Virus record (IMG/VR): IMGVR_UViG_3300012931_000015
Span: 99,579 to 163,578 of that record
Strand: one strand, 5' to 3'
Source: a virus
DNA: 64,000 nucleotides
Shown here: piece after piece, positions 1-10,224 of the stretch
Numbering within the stretch: the stretch's first letter is position 1
Layout of the letters: each line of letters begins with the position of its first letter
Program-made: the position numbers and the translations under genes
Notes under the pieces: generated by a model
Told to the model about the DNA's origin: nothing
Databases searched by the model: none
Seen by the model: only the letters and a program-made list of their open reading frames with translations

Positions 1-444
1 TAAAAATTCACAATGTTTACATTTTTCCATTTTAGTTGCCTTTTAATTTCGTTAGTTTTTCCACAGTAGTTAGTTCATACTTGGCTTTTGGTCTTTGTCT
101 ATTCAATTCACTTATTTTGTCATCAATCATTATATCTTTTTTAAAGTCTTCACAACCACATTCATAATATTGTTCAAACTCTTCATAGCTTCTATCAATT
201 TCTTTTCCACAATATAAACAATAAACTTTACCATTCAGTCTTGTGTATCTTTTCATAACAATTTATCCTTTTTTATTCTCAAATAAAATTTTTGACTTAT
301 AAATGTTTGGAGCAAAAGGTTTTCTATGTTCTATTACATCAATAATTTCATAATCCATTTTATTTGTTTTTTCTGTAATAACTTCTAACCAGTATTCTTC
401 AAATTCCTTCCAGTAAATCATTTTGCAATCCTTTATGTTTTATT

Positions 445-750
445 TTAACCATCACTAAATAACCATTTTGGTTTATCATCAATAACCAAGTCCGGTATTA
501 TATTATAATTATCTTTTAAAAATGGTAACTTAGCTTGTCTATTTGTATAATAAACAGGTATTCTTGTAGCAATATATTTTAAACCATCATCTGCTTCCTG
601 CTCATATCTCATAGTAGCAAGTATTACTTTATAGTTAAAATTTACTTGATTATTTATTATAATATTCATAAGTTCAGGGAATTCAGTATAAGTGCCGTCA
701 TAGTCTAATAAAATTGTTCTCATAATATTTGTTACCTTTTTAACACTCAA
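445..750 (-). CDS. HAD-superfamily-like small phosphatase
   Basis: ILLDYDGT (DxDGT motif I) and C-terminal VIDD; true start probably the MRTILL Met. Confidence 0.6.
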   Translation of the reverse strand: MSVKKVTNIMRTILLDYDGTYTEFPELMNIIINNQVNFNYKVILATMRYEQEADDGLKYIATRIPVYYTNRQAKLPFLKDNYNIIPDLVIDDKPKWLFSDG

Positions 751-1087
751 AATAAAATTTTAAAAAATGTTTATCAGTAATAGGTACAAAAATATACCCC
801 GAAAAATCATCACCCGTATATCCACAACTCTGATCTACATAGACACCTTTAAACCAATAAGGCTCTGTCTGGTATTCTCCAAACACCTTTCTTTTTCTTA
901 CAATACCTTCTATGCTGCAACCACCGGATTCTTCTAAATATTCAAGAAGTTTATTATATCTGTATTTAGTCAAATGTTTTTTAATAACCGATAAATAACA
1001 ATCATTTTCATCTGCTTTCTCGTGTTCTAAATCCATTAATAATCTATTGTAGTTATCAAATACTTCGTGTTCTTCAGCTTCGTTCAT
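740..1087 (-). CDS. hypothetical phage protein
   Basis: 115-aa ORF in a tightly packed minus-strand run. Confidence 0.6.
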   Translation of the reverse strand: MNEAEEHEVFDNYNRLLMDLEHEKADENDCYLSVIKKHLTKYRYNKLLEYLEESGGCSIEGIVRKRKVFGEYQTEPYWFKGVYVDQSCGYTGDDFSGYIFVPITDKHFLKFYFEC

Positions 1088-1095
1088 ACTACTTA

Positions 1096-1479
1096 TTATC
1101 CTTTAAATATTTTTTCAATTGGTTTCCACATTATAATTTGTTCCCATGTATTAATTCTTTTTGACCACGATTCTCCATCAAAAGCAGAAACATCATAAAG
1201 AAATATTCCATCTTCTTTATTTTTATTTTTTACTGCAACTAAAACAAGTTCATCTATATATCCATTATTTAAAGATGGTAAACTATCATTAATATTTATC
1301 CATGATTTATTCTGTGTTTGTTGTGCGAGTTCAAGTTTGGGAATAATCCAATCATATACATCTTTTTGACCAGCTCTAATAAGATTAGAATATATCTGAT
1401 CTGGCTTCTTAGGAGAATCATAATATTTTTGATTATTTTTTTGCTCTTTAATATCTTCAATTATTTTTTCTATTGTCAT
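1096..1479 (-). CDS. DUF551-like phage protein
   Basis: WININDSLP...VLV...W motif pattern typical of DUF551. Confidence 0.5.
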   Translation of the reverse strand: MTIEKIIEDIKEQKNNQKYYDSPKKPDQIYSNLIRAGQKDVYDWIIPKLELAQQTQNKSWININDSLPSLNNGYIDELVLVAVKNKNKEDGIFLYDVSAFDGESWSKRINTWEQIIMWKPIEKIFKG

Positions 1480-1789
1480 ACTATTTACCCATTAAATAAA
1501 CCATAATTCTTCCAAGTATTTTTTAATTTTACTAAATGATAATCACAATATAAACCATTAAGATTTAATATCTCGCAATTCTTTACTTCATTATCATTAA
1601 GTTCTTTTTTGCAATCTATACAATATGCCATACTATTTACCTGCTTTTTCTTTATATTTAAAATAGTCTTTTAAAACTTTTTCAGCACACCCATAATATC
1701 CCATCCATTCAGTTCTTCCGGTATCTTCACACCAAGTAATAAAAGCTTTTATATTTTTATATTCATCTGTGTACATCTTTTATTTCCTT

Positions 1790-2035
1790 TTATATTTTAA
1801 CCGTTTCAAATTTATAAATATTTTCAGGTGTCCAGAATGAATGATAAAGAGGTTTATGATCCGGTAAAGGAAAACTTTCTTTACATTCAATTTCTAATAT
1901 TATATTTCTACCTGTTTTCTTATTCCAATTAATAGCTGATTGTAAATACTTCCAACCTCTAACCGGACTTATTATAAAACCTGTTTGTTTATATCTTAAT
2001 AGTTTTTTATTGGTCGTGCAATGATATAATTTCAT
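1790..2035 (-). CDS. small protein, possible ADP-ribosyltransferase-like fold
   Basis: N-terminal LYHCT, then GF and ILEI; resemblance is weak. Confidence 0.35.
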   Translation of the reverse strand: MKLYHCTTNKKLLRYKQTGFIISPVRGWKYLQSAINWNKKTGRNIILEIECKESFPLPDHKPLYHSFWTPENIYKFETVKI

Positions 2036-2400
2036 ATTATTTTTGTAACTTTGTCTTTGTCTTTTTCTTCTACTTCTGAATTATTATTAACATAATTAAG
2101 AGCTTCTTTTATAAAACTTACCATAGCATCACATTCTTTTTTTGTTTCATAATCATAAACAAAAATTTTATTATCATATTGTTCTTCTACCCCCCTCATA
2201 TAAAAACAATTCGAGGATAAATATGAAAATGATATTGATATTAACTTAAAACCGTCTTTTTCAAAGATACAATCTTTATCTCTTAAATTTTCATCCTGTT
2301 CTAAAATCTTGCCAAACAACACATTTTCATAGCGATACAATTCAATTTTTAATTTTTCTTTTGACATATTATTTCTCCTTTTTATTTTGGTTATTACCAA
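2032..2400 (-). CDS. hypothetical phage protein
   Basis: AGGAG upstream of the internal MSKEK Met, the likely start. Confidence 0.6.
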   Translation of the reverse strand: MVITKIKRRNNMSKEKLKIELYRYENVLFGKILEQDENLRDKDCIFEKDGFKLISISFSYLSSNCFYMRGVEEQYDNKIFVYDYETKKECDAMVSFIKEALNYVNNNSEVEEKDKDKVTKII

Positions 2401-2597
2401 TGATCCTTCACGTAACTTTCAAAATCTTCTATAAGACTATCATTATGAAAAGGGTCAATATTACTTCCTCTTATATGATTAGCTAAATCAGGATTCATAT
2501 CATATAAAGTATTAAAATATGTTTGTCCTAATCTCCATTTAGGATTAGCCATGAAATTATATGATACTCTTTCTTTGTATTCTTCGATAATATTCAT
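2394..2597 (-). CDS. hypothetical phage protein
   Basis: WRLGQ..FN.L...DPF pattern seen in small phage proteins; SD-like GAGG. Confidence 0.6.
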   Translation of the reverse strand: MNIIEEYKERVSYNFMANPKWRLGQTYFNTLYDMNPDLANHIRGSNIDPFHNDSLIEDFESYVKDHW

Positions 2598-2784
2598 ATT
2601 TATTTTTACCTCTACTTTTAAAATGGATTAAAATTTAAATCAGTATAATACTTGCTATGATCTATTCTATTATCTATACCTTTTCTTATTTTTAATATTT
2701 CAAATATATTTTTGTTATTCATATTTATTGTTTTACAAATGTGTTTGTCTTTTAGAAATTTTATAAAAAGCTTTTTATCATCGT

Positions 2785-3198
2785 TCATAATAATTTTAAA
2801 TGTCCTGTTATTTCATTAACATTTTCATTCCAGCCTAAAATAGCACCACAGGTAATAGTTTTAACTCCATGAAATTCTGTTAAACCATTATCTTCAATAA
2901 GTGATGTATAAAGAAAATTTGCTTTTGCTCTATTTATTAAGTGTATGAGTTCCTGCTCTGAATCAACCTGTAAACATATTTTAGTAAATATTCCATTTAA
3001 CCAATCATCCATTAAACTTCTCGAACCTTTAGTTATAATTATAGAATATTCTTTTTCTTTTTCCGTATTTATTCTTCCATCTGCCATTAAATCAAGAATT
3101 AATTTTAGAGAAGCATGACTCCCCATAGCCACCATTTTGCCTTTTCTCATATTGAGATCAGTTCTCATAAGAATTACCATTTTTGATTTACTTTCCAT
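2785..3198 (-). CDS. pth2: peptidyl-tRNA hydrolase, Pth2 type
   Basis: KMVILMRTDLNMRKGKMVA..SHA, KICLQV and DNGLTEF..T motifs. Confidence 0.85.
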   Translation of the reverse strand: MESKSKMVILMRTDLNMRKGKMVAMGSHASLKLILDLMADGRINTEKEKEYSIIITKGSRSLMDDWLNGIFTKICLQVDSEQELIHLINRAKANFLYTSLIEDNGLTEFHGVKTITCGAILGWNENVNEITGHLKLL

Positions 3199-3416
3199 TA
3201 GTCTAATCCTTTAAAAAATATATGTTTTATCATCTTCAATTAATTCACCATTATCTAATTTGGTAATATTAAAAACATCTTTTAGGGTTTTTCCTTTCAT
3301 TTGTGCATAACTTATACTACCTCGTTTTATATCTTTTTCTATATCCATATGAGCTTTGTTTATATTTTCTAATATTGAATTTGCGTGCACTTCATATTCT
3401 TGTTCGTTTAACATTT

Positions 3417-3824
3417 TTACCAGCTTCTATGTTTTTCATGAATAGTTTCAATTCCATCATATTCATCTATTACCCATTCTATATTATCTGGTATTTCAAC
3501 TATTTCTAAATCAGCATATTTTGAATTTGCTTCTCCCCCTAATTCTTCAACAACTTTCACTAAAATAGGGTTTGATCTATTTTCATAACTATTAGCCCAA
3601 GTATCCCAATATCTGCCCAACAAAGAATAAGTTTTACTGCTTTCATTCAAATTATTGTCAAAAATTACTTTTTCATCATACAACGGATTTCTAATAACCA
3701 ATCCGTTTTTATCTCTCTGTTCTTCTTCATATTTTATAACAGGTATTCCATATTCTATAAGCTTTTCATAAGCTTTTTCACTTAACCCAAAACCACCAAA
3801 ACATTTATTCACTACTACCTTCAT
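3417..3824 (-). CDS. conserved phage protein
   Basis: KVVVNKCFGGFGLS...R..P.LV.VVEELG...EYDG.E, a widespread phage family. Confidence 0.7.
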   Translation of the reverse strand: MKVVVNKCFGGFGLSEKAYEKLIEYGIPVIKYEEEQRDKNGLVIRNPLYDEKVIFDNNLNESSKTYSLLGRYWDTWANSYENRSNPILVKVVEELGGEANSKYADLEIVEIPDNIEWVIDEYDGIETIHEKHRSW

Positions 3825-3848
3825 TATCTTTCTCCTTTTTTTCTATTC

Positions 3849-4676
3849 TTACCAGCCATTATAATCAATATTAAATAAATTGTCAACAATTTTTACATTC
3901 ACAACATGATTTATACCTGGTACAGGTACATGAAATAATTTAAGATTTTTATCACATATAGCGTTTATATTACCCGTTATATTTATTATGCTATCATGGC
4001 TTCTATCCAAAACCGTTTGACTTGTACTTCGATACTTCAACTGCAAATCTCGTCTAACTGTTGTCATGTGGTGCATCAATAAATCTTCCGGCTTGAATAT
4101 CCAATGCGGATTATGTCTATCAATATTATATCCTCTAGTTGGATCAATAAAAACATTTTTTAAGCTATTTGTTCCAAGCTTCTTTTTCGGGTCAAGCTTA
4201 CAAATGAAGGGAATATGTATTCTCGATACTTGAGTATTTTGATAGATAGGTAATTTGTGATATTCAATAAGTCTACAATAACTATATTGATATTTAGTTT
4301 CTTCAATAAAGTTTTTTGCTTTTATGAATTGATCTGTTTCAAATAGCTCATCCACATCAAGCATTAAAAAATGGTCATAGCCTCTATTATAGCAATGAGT
4401 TCTTAAATAGTTTCGTTTTTCTATTTCGGTGTTTTTTGCTTCTCTGGAATTGTTAGCAAATAGTTTGATTGGAAAACATAGAAGTTCATCAATTAGTTTT
4501 TGTTTTTTTAAATCTTTTAGTATATCGAGATCGTAAGGGCTTATTTTTGATTTTCCCCACCAATCCTGCTCGGAGTAACTGACAACTATCCAGTCAACAT
4601 TTTCTCGTATTTGTTTTATTGAATAGGGTAATAATTCACAACCACTAAAAACGCTATAAGCTACTGCTAATTTCAT
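3849..4676 (-). CDS. GT-A fold glycosyltransferase-like protein
   Basis: FLMLDVDE DxD motif preceded by EIEKRN; late HHM motif. Confidence 0.65.
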   Translation of the reverse strand: MKLAVAYSVFSGCELLPYSIKQIRENVDWIVVSYSEQDWWGKSKISPYDLDILKDLKKQKLIDELLCFPIKLFANNSREAKNTEIEKRNYLRTHCYNRGYDHFLMLDVDELFETDQFIKAKNFIEETKYQYSYCRLIEYHKLPIYQNTQVSRIHIPFICKLDPKKKLGTNSLKNVFIDPTRGYNIDRHNPHWIFKPEDLLMHHMTTVRRDLQLKYRSTSQTVLDRSHDSIINITGNINAICDKNLKLFHVPVPGINHVVNVKIVDNLFNIDYNGW

Positions 4677-5170
4677 TTAGTTTTTACAAATTCATCAATT
4701 AAGCTATTAACCATTAATGTTAGTTTACTTCTAAAAACCTGATCTTGTTTCATTTGATTTAAAAGTTTGTCAACATTTCCATCAATGCCAGTTATTACTG
4801 TTCTAGCAATTTTATTTAATAATGCTTCTTTAACATTTTCCCTAAACTCTATTGATGCTATTTCACTGCTTACTATATTATCAAAAACTGATTCTATTTC
4901 TTTTTGATATTTTGTTATTATATTTTCTGCATATTTTTTCAAAGGAGAATTATAATCAACCAAAACTTTTTTTAAAGCGTCTCTTATAGAATCATTAACA
5001 GCATAAAGTACATCTTTTTCTAAAGTGATAGGTAATTCTTTTTTATCCACTTTAAGAATAATATCTTCTACTTGTTTTTTTACTTCTGCTTTAAAAAATT
5101 CATTTTCTCGTCTAATGTCTGTCATTAATTGCTGTATTTCTTTTAATGTTTGATTTTCTTTTTCTGTCAT
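4673..5170 (-). CDS. hypothetical helical protein
   Basis: 165-aa ORF with AGGAG SD. Confidence 0.6.
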   Translation of the reverse strand: MTEKENQTLKEIQQLMTDIRRENEFFKAEVKKQVEDIILKVDKKELPITLEKDVLYAVNDSIRDALKKVLVDYNSPLKKYAENIITKYQKEIESVFDNIVSSEIASIEFRENVKEALLNKIARTVITGIDGNVDKLLNQMKQDQVFRSKLTLMVNSLIDEFVKTK

Positions 5171-5574
5171 TCTAATTCTCCTTTTTATCTACCCATACTA
5201 TAACTTCATTACAATCAGGACAATTAGAATCTCCAATATCTATACCTCGTTTTCCTTGACATTTTGGACAAACAACAACATCAAGAAAGGGTATTAATCC
5301 TTTTTTATTTATTTCTATCATTCTATTTGTTTCTCCTTTTGCTTCTAATATATACTACAACTAAAATAACTTTTATTAAAATTGAAATTAAATATTTTTT
5401 CATACTATGAATTAAAAATTATCAAAACAACTGCTGTTACCACAACTAGAGCAATAAGTATTACTCCGGCATGATCTTCTAATTTTCCTATAAACTTTAA
5501 TGTTTTTAGTTTCATACTATTTTCCTTTTCACTCTAAACAATCTTCTGCTTTTATACCGAGTTTACTCTCCCAT

Positions 5575-6042
5575 TTATCTACTATACTTTTTTTGTGAGT
5601 TATTGTTTGTTGATCTGCATAACTCTTTTTGCTCTTCGGAACAATTATTAAACATAAAATCACAACCTTTGCACATATTTTCTGCTTCCATAACTATTTC
5701 CTTTCCCACACATTCAGATTTTTCATCACAGCTTTTACAAATACTACCTGTTAAATTTGCATCTACAAATACTTCCCATCCTGAATCATTGTTACTATTA
5801 ATTGGTATACCACATCTTACACAAAATTTAGTATTTAATGATTGAAATGGTTTTCCTTCTACTCCTAAAGTAAAATTATCCATTTCTTCTTCACATTGTT
5901 TAACATGTAACTCTTCAAATCCTATTTTTATATTTTTTCCACATGTTTTGCATTTACTACAACAAGGTGTAATATGAGTATATCTAATATTCATTCTTCC
6001 TGTTTCATCATGGCAATTACAAGTACATTCATAGAAATCCAT
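5575..6042 (-). CDS. Cys-rich Zn-binding hypothetical protein
   Basis: several CxxC pairs; GGGGG SD-like element upstream. Confidence 0.55.
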   Translation of the reverse strand: MDFYECTCNCHDETGRMNIRYTHITPCCSKCKTCGKNIKIGFEELHVKQCEEEMDNFTLGVEGKPFQSLNTKFCVRCGIPINSNNDSGWEVFVDANLTGSICKSCDEKSECVGKEIVMEAENMCKGCDFMFNNCSEEQKELCRSTNNNSQKKYSR

Positions 6043-6293
6043 TATATTACCCCCCTTTTAATAATTAAATATATATTATTTATTCTATTTTTTCAATATT
6101 TTTAATTATGTAATTAAATAATTTTTTATTCATTTTGTGCCAATCACTATCACATAATAAATCATTAAATCGTAATGTATTCATCGCATCCTTACACTTA
6201 TTAATATTATTTTTTCCCTTATATTTAAAACCTTGTTCTTCTAACTGAACAACTAAAGATTTTGATATTACACCAAAAGATAAATTAATAGTA

Positions 6294-6866
6294 TCACTCA
6301 TAATGTGTATCCTTTTTCTTCCTCTCTAATACATTTATATATCTATTATCTTCATAATTATACATTTTTAATTTATATGTTTCAATCAAACTATAAAGCT
6401 GTTTTTTAAAATTACCAATTATAACTTTTCCACTATAAATACAATTATTTTCATTCATTATAGAATCAAAACCAACCAAGTATATTTTTTCATACCCCCG
6501 ATTCAAAGCTAAATTGATAAGCTCATTTCCAGTGCTAAATCCTAGATAAGTTGTAAGAGGTATTATTTCGTTAGAGGGAATTTTATATCGTTCAATAAAG
6601 TTTGAGGGGCAAGTTATGTCAAAGTGAATATTATTAAGTTGTCGATATTCACTAGCTTTTAATACTGCTCCATAATGAACAGAAGCCATCAATGATATTA
6701 TACAACCAATATTTTTTTCTTGAAAACTATAATTACAAGCCCAGACAGGAATATTTTGATTATATATTTGATTTATAAATTGTTGAATATCAGGCTTTAA
6801 TCGACTTGATCCATTACCTATTATCAATACTGATTTTGTATCTTTTTCATCATTCATATCTTTCAC
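6294..6866 (-). CDS. sialyltransferase/MAF-like (GT29/GT42-like) protein
   Basis: VLIIGNGSS, WACN and STG...ALNRGYEKIYLVGFD motifs. Confidence 0.6.
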   Translation of the reverse strand: MKDMNDEKDTKSVLIIGNGSSRLKPDIQQFINQIYNQNIPVWACNYSFQEKNIGCIISLMASVHYGAVLKASEYRQLNNIHFDITCPSNFIERYKIPSNEIIPLTTYLGFSTGNELINLALNRGYEKIYLVGFDSIMNENNCIYSGKVIIGNFKKQLYSLIETYKLKMYNYEDNRYINVLERKKKDTHYE

Positions 6867-7191
6867 CGCTCATGCTAATTAGTAATTCAAACCATAAAAG
6901 GTTAAAAACACGAATTCTTTATTTAACTTTAATTGAATACTGAATTTTTAAAACATTTTTTGTAAAATATACACATGTTTTATCTTTGTTTATTCTTGCT
7001 ATTTCTTTTCCAGAACCATCTTTAAAAACGCCTTTATTATCTGAAAGAAATTCTAATCCCCAAATAGATAATAAACAATTCTTTAATTTTTTTACTGGTG
7101 TGTAAGATAATTTAATCTCTAGTTCATCTTCTTCTACAACTTCATTTGCATAATACTCTTTTTTCATAGGTTTTCTCCTTTTATATTTGTA

Positions 7192-7641
7192 TCATTCATC
7201 TATTTCAAAGTCAACTACTATTGTCTTTTTAAATTTAAACTCAAAAGACTTATCTAACACACAAATTTTAAAGTTGTGTTTATCAACTTCATTATTATAT
7301 TTTTTTAGATACTCGTAACACTTAACCTTTACGTTGTGCATAAAAGTAGGTTTGAAGTTTAATTTTTCATCAAATATATAATATCTAGGATACTTGTGTT
7401 CCATTATCAAAATACCATTATACTTCATATCAACAGTAATTTCATCTGAATAGCTTATATCATAATTCTCTATTATATTACTATTTTCTTCTTGTTTTAT
7501 TTTTCTATTTATTTCATCTAATCTTCTTTCATTTTCTAACCAAGATATATTTCTTTTCTCATTTACATTATCACATTCAGAAAGGCATTCGTTACAATCT
7601 GAATGTTTTCCACACAACTGAAATAATTTTGCATCGCTCAT
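7192..7641 (-). CDS. hypothetical protein
   Basis: 149-aa ORF with N-terminal Cys cluster and AGGAG SD. Confidence 0.55.
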   Translation of the reverse strand: MSDAKLFQLCGKHSDCNECLSECDNVNEKRNISWLENERRLDEINRKIKQEENSNIIENYDISYSDEITVDMKYNGILIMEHKYPRYYIFDEKLNFKPTFMHNVKVKCYEYLKKYNNEVDKHNFKICVLDKSFEFKFKKTIVVDFEIDE

Positions 7642-7855
7642 ATTTTCTCCTTATTTCTTACTGCCATAGTATAATTTCCATCAGCAGATAATTTATCCAG
7701 TCTATTAGCTTCACCTTCTATTTCAATAGCAAAGTCTTTTTTAGATATTGTATCCTGATGATATGTATTATATTTTTTGCATTCATTAGAGTTACATTTT
7801 ATTTCTTCACATTTGTAACAAGGGGATATTATTTTTAAAGGTTTTTCTGTCATAA

Positions 7856-8158
7856 CTATTTCTCTTTATTTAATTTTGAAAAGTGAAATCTATCACCAAT
7901 ATTATATTGTTCTTTAGTGTATAATACTAATGTTAGTTTATGAATATCACCGCCCTGATAATAGTAAGAATCATTTGATTCTACATATTCCTTCCGATAA
8001 TGTATAAAAGTTACTTCATTTACTTTTACAGAATCAACTTCAACTTGTGTGATACCAACTACCATAAAATAATCATTATCATATAGCTTTAAAGATTCCT
8101 TTGCATCACAACCAATAAAGAATAAAATAACAACAAATAAAAACACTAATTTTTTCAT
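7856..8158 (-). CDS. putative lipoprotein
   Basis: MKK, hydrophobic stretch, then FIGC lipobox-like site. Confidence 0.6.
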   Translation of the reverse strand: MKKLVFLFVVILFFIGCDAKESLKLYDNDYFMVVGITQVEVDSVKVNEVTFIHYRKEYVESNDSYYYQGGDIHKLTLVLYTKEQYNIGDRFHFSKLNKEK

Positions 8159-8389
8159 AATATCTCCTTCTAATTATTTAAATATAAAATTTTTTAATCT
8201 TATTATCTGTATCTGGATATTCTTTTTCTTCTGCTAATAACTGAATAGTATTTAGTTGTCTATCAGAGCTAAAACCATAATCCTTATCTGTTAAATTATT
8301 TTTAACTTTTTCATAAGCTTCAGTTTCATTTTCAGCCACAACATAAAAATTGAAAGAAAATTTTTGACAAGTAACTAAATATAGTTTTT

Positions 8390-8734
8390 TCATTTACTTT
8401 CTCCTGCTTTTATTGCCCCTAAGTAAAAATCAAGTAATTCCTTACCAATATAGCAATTAAACTCACCAAAGTCAATACCGATGTATTTTACTACTTGACC
8501 TTCAAATCCCTTGTGGTAATCATATTCACCTGATCCAATTTTTAGCTTTACAGCATGATTCCAAGTATCAAGTTCAAAAAATAAATCTTTTGTATATTGT
8601 AGTTTTACCCAGTTACCATGTTTTTTACTCTGCATCTCACCGTTTTTGCAAAGATAGTTTACAAACTCATTGTAAAGTTTTTTGATTTCCTCATCACTTT
8701 CATAATTAATGTTGTTCACAATTTTTCTCCTCAT
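8390..8734 (-). CDS. hypothetical phage protein
   Basis: 114-aa ORF directly left of the IS element. Confidence 0.6.
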   Translation of the reverse strand: MRRKIVNNINYESDEEIKKLYNEFVNYLCKNGEMQSKKHGNWVKLQYTKDLFFELDTWNHAVKLKIGSGEYDYHKGFEGQVVKYIGIDFGEFNCYIGKELLDFYLGAIKAGESK

Positions 8735-8741
8735 TTTTTAT

Positions 8742-10204
8742 CATCCTTTTTGCAAGGAAGCCCACGATTTTTGTCAAAGAATGAATTACATATTAAATAT
8801 GTAACTTATTTAAGATTATTTGTCAAATAAATTTACAAATTTTTTAACTACTTTAAAAAATATAAGATACTAATAATAAAAGAAATGTTTTAACTAAATT
8901 ATTTTAGGTAAAAAATGAAAGAAACTAAAAGACAAAACATTATTAAATCTCTTCAAGAAACGAAAGAAAAAAGAAAAACTCAAAAATGTTTGGTTTTTGA
9001 ATTAAAAATAAATTATTCTAAATTAAATAAAGTCCAAAAAGAAACATTAAAAATGTTTTTTGTAGAAGCTAAGTGGTTATATAATTTTTATTTATCAACA
9101 GATGATATTTTTAATCAATCAGATAAAATAGAAAAAGTTATAATTAAAGATAAAGATAAAAAGGATATAGAAAAAAAATTACAATATTTACCCGCTCAAG
9201 TAAAACAAACAATTCTAAAACAATTAAAACAAAATGTTTATAATTTAAGCAGAGCTAAAAAGAAAAATAATAAAGTTGGTAAATTAAAATTTAAATCTGA
9301 AATTAATTCTATTGATTTTAATCAATATGGTAATACTCATAGAATAATAAATAATAATTTATTTAAAATTGGGAGAATAAAAAAATATATTAAAGTTCAC
9401 GGTCTAAATCAAATCAAACCAGAATATGAGATTGCAAATGCAAAATTAATAAAAAAAGCAAGTGGGTATTATATTAAATTAACTTGTTTTGAAAATTTGA
9501 ATAGTAAAGATTTTAACTTTATAAATAATAAAAAAGGAGATGTAGGAATTGATTTTGGAATTAAAGATAATATTGTAACATCTGATGGAGAGTTTTTTAA
9601 TATAAAAATTCAAGAAGATGAACACTTAAAAAGATTGCAAAGAAAATTTGCAAGACAAAAAAAAGGTTCAAAGAATTTTTATAAAACAAAACAAAAAATT
9701 AAAAGATGTTATGAAAAAATATCTAATAAAAAACAAGATCAAGTAAATAAATTAGTAAATTATCTTTGTACTAGTTACACATCAATTTATATGCAAGATG
9801 AGAATTTAAAAGGGTGGCATTTAGGGCTGTTTGGGAAACAAGTTCAGCATTCAGCATTAGGAAGTATAAAACAAAAACTTTTTAAACAAAAAAATGTAAT
9901 AATTATTAATAGGTTTGAACCTACAACAAAACTTTGTCATGAATGCGGAGCTATTAATAAAGATATAAAACTATCTGATAGAATTTTTAAATGTGCCTGT
10001 GGTTATGAAGAACACAGAGATATTAAATCTGCTAAAACAATCAGATTTATAGGTAGATTTAAAAATAATTATATACCTACGGAACATAGGGATTTTAAGC
10101 CTGTGGAGAAATAAACCTCTACTTTTTAGTGAATTTTTTCATTTAAAAGCAAGTTATGTTTCAATGAAACAGGAAGCTCATGAATTTATTCGTGGGTAGT
10201 TCAC
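8742..10204 (+). mobile_element. non-autonomous IS200/IS605-family (IS1341-like) element, tnpB only
   Basis: left end contains GGAAGCCCACG (8756-8766); right end GGAAGCTCATGAATTTATTCGTGGGTAGTTCAC forms a hairpin and ends in TCAC at 10204; no tnpA; left boundary is 8742 or 8753. Confidence 0.8.
8915..10114 (+). CDS. tnpB: RNA-guided endonuclease TnpB
   Basis: RuvC-I GIDFG, RuvC-II region QDENL, Zn finger CHECG..CACG, RuvC-III HRD. Confidence 0.9.
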   Translation: MKETKRQNIIKSLQETKEKRKTQKCLVFELKINYSKLNKVQKETLKMFFVEAKWLYNFYLSTDDIFNQSDKIEKVIIKDKDKKDIEKKLQYLPAQVKQTILKQLKQNVYNLSRAKKKNNKVGKLKFKSEINSIDFNQYGNTHRIINNNLFKIGRIKKYIKVHGLNQIKPEYEIANAKLIKKASGYYIKLTCFENLNSKDFNFINNKKGDVGIDFGIKDNIVTSDGEFFNIKIQEDEHLKRLQRKFARQKKGSKNFYKTKQKIKRCYEKISNKKQDQVNKLVNYLCTSYTSIYMQDENLKGWHLGLFGKQVQHSALGSIKQKLFKQKNVIIINRFEPTTKLCHECGAINKDIKLSDRIFKCACGYEEHRDIKSAKTIRFIGRFKNNYIPTEHRDFKPVEK

Positions 10205-10224
10205 CAATTATAGCGCATTCCTGT
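10060..10224 (+). ncRNA. putative TnpB omegaRNA (scaffold plus flank-derived guide from 10205)
   Basis: overlaps the tnpB 3' end and the right-end hairpin, as established for TnpB reRNAs; 5' boundary is approximate. Confidence 0.55.
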
